Assembly: GCA_976226885.1 (NCBI GenBank)
Contig: OZ320315.1
Span: 115,940,001 to 116,004,000 of the forward strand
Direction of reading: 5' to 3'
DNA from: Iphione sp. A-MEVVRFRX5
Lineage: Eukaryota
Length of the DNA stretch: 64,000 nt
Shown here: positions 55,701-64,000 of the stretch, piece after piece
How the letters are laid out: the number at the start of each line of letters is the position of its first letter
Position numbering within the stretch: position 1 is the stretch's first letter
The notes under the pieces: model-generated
Databases searched by the model: none
Seen by the model: only the letters and a program-made list of their open reading frames with translations
What the model was told of the DNA's origin: nothing
Made by a program: the position numbers and the translations under genes

Positions 55701-56240
55701 AATTCGAGAACCATGCTGTAGAAGCTTCAGAGAAACCAAACTGTGATTTTAATTTAGTTATTAACAAAGAGTGATTTACAGTGTCAAAAGCCTTTTTTAA
55801 GTCTACAAAGATTACTATACTGTGTTTTTACTATTCAAAGCTGCATACAAATCATAAAGAACCTTATAGATAGCCTCTTTGGTTCCTCTGAACCTTCTGA
55901 TGCCGAACTGCTCTTTACATAGTAATTGATTGTTTTCCAGAAAAGTATATAACTGATTGAATATCAGTTTCTCTAGAACTTTAGTGGTTACAGGTAGAAG
56001 AGAAATAGGTCTGTAATTGTCAATCTTAGTTTTGTCACCAGCCTTAAATAAGGGTATCACCTTTGCACATTTGCACATTGTAGGAACCACTGCATGATGA
56101 ATTGAATAATTAAATAGATACAATAATTGGTTGTGACAGTTTGAAAAAATCATCTTAAAAATTCTAGTGGTAATTCCTTCAACATTGGAGGATTTGTCAT
56201 TAGCCAGTCTACAAAGGCTAGTGATAAGGTTAGTATGTCA
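55701..56240 (-). mobile_element. Older LINE, 5' RT part (continues at 48715)
   Basis: KVIPLFKAGD, NYRPISLLP, QFG, VDLKKAFDTVNH, AWFSN. Confidence 0.85.
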
Positions 56241-57387
56241 GTATATATACCGATATTCGTCTTTCCAGGTTCAAACAATATATAGGGGATTATAAACATT
56301 TTTTTCTTTTTACATCCTCCAGAGATGGATATACTACTAATATATTAGTCTTTTTTTTCATAAAAATTTTTTTCCATAAGGTCTCCTCAGACCCATTGCA
56401 ACACAAATGAGATTTCCTTTTGTGCCTGATGAGATGGATTTCGAAACCAGGAGAACATTCTGTGTAAGCAGGACAGTCCCCCTTCCCTTGAACCAATCAG
56501 AACCAAGTAAGGCATTAACTGTCCCGGGTCGCTAGGCAACAGTATGTATGTAAACATACTTGTATGTAAACTACATATAGCCCCTGCTCCACATGTAGGC
56601 TCCACAGAACCTGGTAGCACATGCAGAAGGAATGATCTAGCCACGTGCCCTTCTGATTTACTAATATATTAGTCGTATATATGATATTCCGGACCAAGCC
56701 CTCAACCTAGTAGATAGCGATGAAGCCTATTTAGTGTCAAGCAAAGTCACAAACCTAGCAGTTTGTTTTTTCGCTAGGGTAAGCTAATCCTTTATTTCTC
56801 AATATACACAGTGAGCAGGATCAAATCCATTGCACTTTAGTTATCAGTTATGTAATACCTTTCTATATTATTTCTATGGTTACTATTTCTATGGCTGTCT
56901 AGGATCAAATCCTGTACAATGCTTGTATTTCGTCTCAACTTGAATTTCTTTATTTTCAAGGCACATAATAATTACTCACTACTCTTTTGTCACGCCTTAG
57001 CCTCTTCCAAAGTGATCTCATTTCACACTCAGTGTAATTTGATTTGATGTCTCAGTATTACAGTGAGATATTAATATGACAGGTATTTCAACACAGTGAG
57101 AAATTTACTGGAATAACAATTCTTCTGTTCCTCGTCCTTGTTACATCCATCTAGTGAGTCCTTCTGCGTCTTCTTGTTATCAAGTTGTATTGTTACAAAC
57201 ACACATTCAGAATGTCTAATGAGCAGCTAAGTTAACTTATTATGTTACAAATATCGGTCAATAGAGCTTCATCTTCTGTCTTTTCTTCTCCGCTTCTGGT
57301 AGACTATTCCACAGTCTTATACCCTGGTAATAAAAACTACTGCTAAGTTCTTGGCCTTATTTGTTCCAACATCAAAAGACTGCTGCC

Positions 57388-58120
57388 TCAGGTTCTGCTG
57401 GATTTCTGTTTCCTATGCTCCAGTACTGCTATTTGCTGTAACCTGTTGGTTAAGATGGTACATCTTCCATTAATTAATTTTTCAATTGTCTGTAGCTTTA
57501 GCTTAACTCTTAGCCTCTTTACGCTCATTTCACGTTTTAATACACCTGTCAGCATTGCCCTCTTCAGTGCATTATTATACTCAATTTGCAAGAGCTGTTT
57601 ACATTTGTTGCTACTACCTTTGATGAATGCTAACCCTTAGAGGAAAAGAGGCTCTATAAACCCCCTGAAAATGGATAGCCTTACACTAAATGGTAGCATC
57701 TTGACTATCCTTGCCAGAGTGATACTTCTTAGTCTTACATTCCCTCTTACAGCTTCTACGTGTGGCTTCCATGTCAGTTTATGATCCAGCTTGAAACCCA
57801 GCATTTTGGGAGTCAAGTCCACCCGTAGCTTTTTCCCATTATGATATAGATCAAGAACTAGTTGTCCACTTTTACCAAACCCTGCATATGTGGTTTTGTT
57901 CTCATTAATATGTAGACCATTATGTTCTGCCCATCTAGCTAAGTCTTTTAACCCTCTTTGCAGCTTCAGACGTAGCATTAGGAATTTGCTGAGCACAAGT
58001 AAGGCCTTGCCAGATAGTTTGATACCTATATGTAATGCTCTTCTGACACTTTTCCTTCTTGGGCCCGATCATGGGTATACATTTTCTCAAAGCCTTGTTT
58101 GTATTGTACTCGTTGAATGA
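57388..58120 (-). pseudogene. LINE RT fragment(s)
   Basis: DLARWAEHNGLHINENKT, KMLGFKLDHKLTWKPHV, FRGFIEPLF. Confidence 0.7.
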
Positions 58121-58369
58121 ACCTCCCTATCTAGTCCCAAGCTAGAAGAAGCACTATTATGATAGTAACCCAATCTTAACATGCTGGAGTCACATATTCC
58201 AAGTATTTCTTCTTCAAATTCCTAACGTAGTTGGGGGTACAAACACACCCTGTATACCATTCTCCATGCAGTTACATATTTATTAAATACCGTTCCTTTT
58301 TGATTTACAACTACGCAAATCCCATATTCTGACAACTGATAAAGAGTTATATGGAACATTAATGTTTGT

Positions 58370-60300
58370 TCTAATGGAGAGGTAAATAATAATGATAGTC
58401 AATATAATAGTCAGTGCAGAATGAATGCTATTCCATATCCAAATAAAAGGAGTTGCAATCTCATTGGCTCTGGTAGTTAGCCAAATTGGCCAATGTCTCA
58501 TGTCAAATTCATGTTTGAGTGTTAGCTCGCTTGTTTTTGCGATATCAAGGGCCACAGATTTTAAGTCTAATCCTGTGGTCTCTGGAAGTACTTGTGATAG
58601 ATTCAGGAGTGGAGACTCTGGCAGAGCTATGTTAAATAGGTAGGAGTTGTTGTAAGTGGAAGTTGCAGTATAGTCTGGGAGGGATAAATTGAAGTGAGCC
58701 GCTGCTGGAAGGTTAATTCCATGAAGTGGTACTTCTGCTTCTGACACACCAGAGGATGTAGTTGCTTCAACTTCATATGGTCCAACTGTCAGTGTACAGT
58801 TGCAAGGTAGCTTATAGGTGCATAATGAATAGTCTAAGTTAGTTTTAATATTACCACATGTAGTATAAACTAGATTAGGTCCCACAGAGATTAAGAATGT
58901 ATCATTTAGTGAGTGTACGGATGGAGGCATAGTTTTAGAGTGAACTGTAAAAATACACTTTTCAGTTGCTAAATCATTTCGATTAAAGAAAGTAGAACTG
59001 GCACAAGTGCTAAGGGTTTTCTTATTGGTGGATGGTAATTTCAAGTTTGTTGATCTGGGGCAATGGAAATATATACAGGCATATTTCTGTGTTCTGTATA
59101 TCCATATGATATAGGTGTAGCAAATGGTGTCCTGAATGTATGAATTCTGTAAAAGTCATGTATGTCAGTTGTCTTGCTAATAGGTACGGATACCTGCATA
59201 TATAAATAGCTGTCTGAGTACATGAACTTGGTGACTGAATGTTCATAATAGAAGGCTGGGTCCCGAACTAATATTTTATCATTACCTGTGAATAAATTCT
59301 GTACTTTACCAAGTCCATGCTTAACCTGATCTGGACTAACAAGAATACCAGGTTGTCAGCCAGCATGGAGATCATCTTTAATTCTGTGTAATGCAGCAAT
59401 TTTGAGAAACATTTTGTTAAGGTATACTTGTATATCTAGGCTAAAATCAATGGCTTGTGACTGGTTGGTCACTGCAAATATAAGTTGCTTATTTAGTTCA
59501 GTAGTACGTCTAGAAAGTGCTAATATGGCTGCATCATCTGATTACATCTGATTTGATAGTGCTGGTACTGCAATAGAGGATGAGTTAGCAGCAAGTGCAG
59601 ATACAGTTGACTCTCACCCTGCGACCAGCTGCCTTGGGAGACCATTTGCCTAAAGAGACCACTTTTGTTCAGTACCAGTTGATTCCCTCTATAATTATAA
59701 CCAATGCCTTAGGAGACCATCTGCCCTAGGCGACCACTTTCCTTAAGTCCCTCTGGTGGTCGCCTAAGGGGGGGGGCAACTGTAGTTGCATCTGTAAGCT
59801 ATGCAGAGCAGAGGGGTTGACTGATGCTGCCACTGTTTCTATTCTCCGTGCAAACATTCTGATGTCTTCCTGGGTAGTGGTACCAAATAGATATTTAGAG
59901 GCTTTACCTACAAAACCAAGCCACGATCTGGGTCTCCTACCCTAAGAATCTTTGATAGGTTTTGAAAGGAGTGCATTAAGATGCAAGTTTTCCTGTCCTA
60001 CTTTATGAAATAGTTTGGCACACATGTCATGGGTGTTATCGAGAAAAGATGTTAGTCGAAGACATGCGTCAGTATCCCTACAGGGAAGATTAACTCTAAG
60101 TGGAGAAAGACTATACTTGGAGGGAAAAGATTTGGGTCTGGGTGAGACGAATACTAGATCAACCTTCTTGCTGTTTGTCAGAAGTGGGGTAGGTAATTTT
60201 TTAAAATATACTCCTAAATTTTGCCTAAGGATAAAAGAGGACTGGGTAGGAGCAAAGAGTAAAAGAAGAATAAGAAGAATGATGCTCCTCTTATTGATCT
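58370..60300 (-). pseudogene. env: Second env subfamily, truncated after the first TM segment, interrupted by a MITE
   Basis: IILLILLLLFAPTQS signal; RRPR|SWLGFVGKASKYLFGTTTQED; DPAFYYEH; IWIWNSIHSALTIIL. Confidence 0.85.
59604..59782. mobile_element. Tc1/mariner/pogo-type MITE, 179 bp
   Basis: TA|CAGTTG...CAACTG|TA with imperfect longer TIRs and internal GACCA repeats; excision restores the env frame. Confidence 0.8.
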
Positions 60301-62793
60301 GAAATTAATAAAAAAGGGAGAATACCTTCAGATATTTACCATTCTTGGTTCTTTATCCATCAATCATAGATATCACAGTACCAACAGATCTGTCTGTAAT
60401 CTATAATATGGTGCCATTATGTGGAGGGTGTGGTTCTTATAAAAGGACTCACTTAATAGATCATGTGAATAACTGGCTGTTATCCCAGTAAAAGTGAACA
60501 TGCTGGCCAGTTAAGATAAATGGACTCCTGGTAGAGGTTATGACTAGTTTTGGACTATGTGAGAATAATGACATGAAGTATATTTGTTAAAATTTGTTTT
60601 ATTTAGTTTCATAAGCTATAATGTACATGTCTTCGTCATCTTTATCAGGGATTTCTATAAATTCTATAGTGTCAGCATTTGGATTTGTAATGGGTGCATT
60701 TTTATCACTGGAATCTTCATCATCTGAGTCAGGAACGATAACAGGGTTATCCCATGTTCCTTATCCATCCCTCATGGCGCACCTGGGTCCCACTTGTCAA
60801 AGTCATCCTCCTCCTCTTGTTCCATGTCATTGATAGTGACATCACTCCATTCACTCCAATCGCTTTCCATGATGTAGTGGTTTAACTGTATTGCCTATTG
60901 GCAAAGGGAAAAATACTGTCTTTATGGAAATCAAGATGTCTTAAAGGAAAATATGCTTAAAGAGAGTCACAATTCATATAGAATTGAAGGGTAGTAATAA
61001 TATCATAAGATTGTTGCCAATTATTAAAACTGCTGGTAAGGTTGAATCTGCTGGACAGAATGTGTGTGTGTAGAGTCAAATAAATACTGCTGCACAGTTA
61101 AAGTGGTAAAAGACAGTCCTTTTGCACTTTAAGTTCAGTCCATAGATAGATAAATGCAACTATAGAGTCATAAAATGAAAGGCCTTGATTTGTTGTTGGA
61201 ATCATTTGTTTGGTAATATGGTAGTAATTTTGAATGTGAACGTGAGTTGGACATCACCGTGTGGTAGTAATGTGGTGAAATATCTGTTTATTTTCCTTGG
61301 AAGGAAATGGGTAGTAGCTAACCTAACAGATTTACCTAGGAACCTTCGAAACTATGCTATCAGGTCGTGTTTTATGTCAAATAAAAGCTCAAAGTTAGCT
61401 CTTTTTGTTGGTAATGTCAGTCTTGTTGTGGCATAAGAACTACAGGCGCTAGAGTGACTGAAACATCGCTGAGCGGCAAAACGGCAAATTGCGAGGTAGT
61501 GATATTGAAATGGGGTTGAAACTTGGACTGCGGCTACAGAGATCGTTGTGATCTCCACACTGCTATCATTGGTTTAATGATAGAATAGGACACAGAGGCA
61601 TAGGAGCGAATTTAAATATCGCCGAGCAGCAAAGTATGTGTGAAGCAGTCAGATTATATCTAAACTTTGGTGCTGGGTTTGAAGAATGGGGCTAGAGGGT
61701 CGTATCTTACTATCAAAATAAAAGGTCTTAATCTGCTGAATAAGGTGGTTTTCTCATGTCATAAAATATGTGGGCATCAGAGTGAATTTAATATTGCTGA
61801 GCGGCAAAATGGTGGCCGATTGTGCAGATCCATTGTCACTAAATCAAATATTCAACAGGCCCACATGGCCATGTATCTAACCTTAATATTGGTCGTAGAG
61901 AGTCATATCTTATATCTTGGCTTGCTGAACACAGTGGTAATATATGGAGAATATTGCCAAGCGGTTAAAGTATAAGAATGCATGGTAAATGTTTAGCGAG
62001 TGTGTTAGTGTGATCGGTTTGAGTGAGGGCTGCTGTTTATACTTCATAGCTGTTGCTGCAGAGTGGGGGTCACAGGCAATCAAGTCCGTAGTTTCCCGAG
62101 GTATACTCTAAACAGCTTTTGCAGCTTTTTAACATGTTGGCTAAAAAAAGAGGGTGGTTTTCGAGGTTTAGCAATATTTTACAAGAGGACGTCATGCTGG
62201 AACTAACCCACTCATGGATTTACTTGGAGAAAAAGGATTGTTTTTAGAGGTTGTTAAGTTCAGCCATCAACAATAGGAGAACCACTTGCCTGATTTACTC
62301 AAGACGCACAGGGTATGTATGCCTCTATGTGGTCTCTATGTGTGAGCAATTTCAGACCTCTGTATTTATTCACTCTGGTTGTATGGTGAGTTCAATCACT
62401 GATTGGCGAGAGCAGTTCATTCAATCATTTCAGGTACGTGAGATGAATTTTCCTTCAGATAAGAGTTAACATTGTAGGTAACAGTAATATGTTGAAACGA
62501 AGCTGTAGGTACACTGTTTTCTCTTGATGACATTAGTTTGCCAGTATGATAAAATCTAACGCGTGAGAACAGGTTTAAAGTTGCTGATCAGTAAGAGTGG
62601 AGGACTTAATGTAGGCCTAGCTGCTGTCGGTTGTAGGAGTGGTAGACATGTTCGGTAGGGACATTTGTCTTGGTCATGATTATAATCATGGGTAGGTACT
62701 TCAAACATTGTTATCATATAAATATAGTGCTTTAAATCCATAGAGTAAAAAGGTAATTTAAAAGTTAAAAGGGTTTACAGATAAAATGTCCAT

Positions 62794-63236
62794 TCAGTCC
62801 CAAATTTCTTGTTCTTCGGACTCTGCTTGTGACTTAAATCCTGCAAAATTCAGCCTCTCTTGTTCTCTGTACATGCCAAACTCAAACTCACAGAAGTAGT
62901 GTGTGTAGTTCCACACCACTCTTTGAGCTGCCTCTCTCCAACTCATACAAGACCTTGAATGCTGGAAAGTCAGCAAAACGATGCAGGACGGTAGTGAGCA
63001 TGAAGGTCGGGCTCTTGCCTATTCTCCATGTATGTGAGCACTAGATTCATCACTGTTTGGCGAACCAAATTGTTTTGAAAGTTGAAGAACCTTCCTCTCC
63101 ATGAAGGGAGAATATCCATGGCTAATGCCAGATAGATGTCAAATATGTGAGACAGTATCTTGAGCATTTCTTTTCTTGCCCCATTTGAAACCTTTGGGTC
63201 GCAGATCCTCGTGTCCTTCCTAAGAAGATACATCAT
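62794..63236 (-). pseudogene. Divergent accessory family 'X' copy
   Basis: ILPSWRGRFFNFQNNLVRQTV...EPDLHAHYRPA, then REAAQRVVWNYT in the next frame. Confidence 0.6.
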
Positions 63237-64000
63237 GAGATGTACTGTATACAGTCTTTGGTTGTTGGAGGTATGCCTTGATCCAACTTTCTTCCTCGGC
63301 AGTGGGCCCTCTTCATTGCTTTGTAAGGCATCTGAAAGGTTAATGTTCCTTGGATAAAAACAATTTCACCAAGTTTAGAAAGGGGATGAGGTACAGGTTG
63401 TAAGATGTTTTTGCTTTTTTTTTCTGGGATTCTCCAAGGAATTTTTACATTAGCAGTCTTTTGAGTGATTTGCTCATTTTATCTTTCCATTTATTTCATT
63501 ATGTTATGTAGAATAAGTACAATCCTACATAATAGGGCTGAACTGACTGAACAATTCCCTACATCTTGATATATGAAGAGGTGATAATGAAGGTATATAA
63601 AAATATGCCAAATAGATAAATAGAATAAAGCTCTCATTCTAAAGTGAAGGTAGTTTATACTATAGTGAATTAGCACTATCCTCCTAGAAAGGTGGATAAA
63701 GACTGGTGTCTTACATGGAATCTAGGCTGCGCCAACCTACAGCCCTGTTTTTCTATTTGATGTATACTTTGAAAAGAATAGAGGATGTGTGCCAACTTAT
63801 GGGCCTCTAGGCTGCAAAACCACTCCTCCCTTTTGAGAACTCTTCATCAGTATATAACTAAATTTTGGTCAGGCTCTTCTGCCTTCCAGTAGAGTATGCC
63901 TCAAATAATTTTGTACATGATTTCTACATAATTCTATATTGAAGTGAGACAGTACTAGACATACAATTGACAAAACAATCATTTGGCAAAATAAGGCTAA

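Noticed and set aside
56260-57380. Displaced U3 of the LTR upstream of the second gag
   Set aside because: Contains two ACTAATATATTAGT palindromes but no TGTTAAG terminus or alignable LTR sequence; left uncalled.
58315-58340. tRNA-Leu-type PBS (GTTGTCAGAATATGGGAT on minus)
   Set aside because: Lacks the TGG start, and no LTR or gag context supports it.
60900-62780. Additional accessory ORFs between X (62794) and the second env
   Set aside because: Short, stop-riddled frames that I could not match confidently to any family in the window.

Overview
Animal (metazoan, probably invertebrate) transposon-dense DNA; no host protein-coding gene is recognisable and the species cannot be identified from the sequence. 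Most of the window is nested, decayed copies of one large env-bearing Ty3/gypsy-like LTR retroelement family on the minus strand. It has about 1.1-1.3 kb LTRs starting TGTTAAG, a tRNA-Ala-like PBS, gag, a degenerate protease and integrase, and a baculovirus-F/errantivirus-type env with an R-x-x-R|SW(F/L)GFVG fusion peptide. It also carries a large block of accessory genes from protein families I do not recognise, labelled X, Y and V here, some apparently spliced. No reverse transcriptase for this LTR family is visible. Other inserts: a near-intact 4.7 kb Ngaro (DIRS-order) element, a Polinton/adintovirus-type DNA polymerase remnant, a TA-flanked MITE, a decayed tRNA-Arg gene and several CR1/L2-like LINEs. 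One LINE is a 6,985 bp insertion bounded by a 5 bp target duplication; it encodes an ORF1 with a C-terminal NADAR-like domain, a separate SGNH-esterase-like ORF and an APE-RT ORF2. Nearly every element lies on the minus strand. All calls are by-eye motif recognition and manual alignment; no database search was run.
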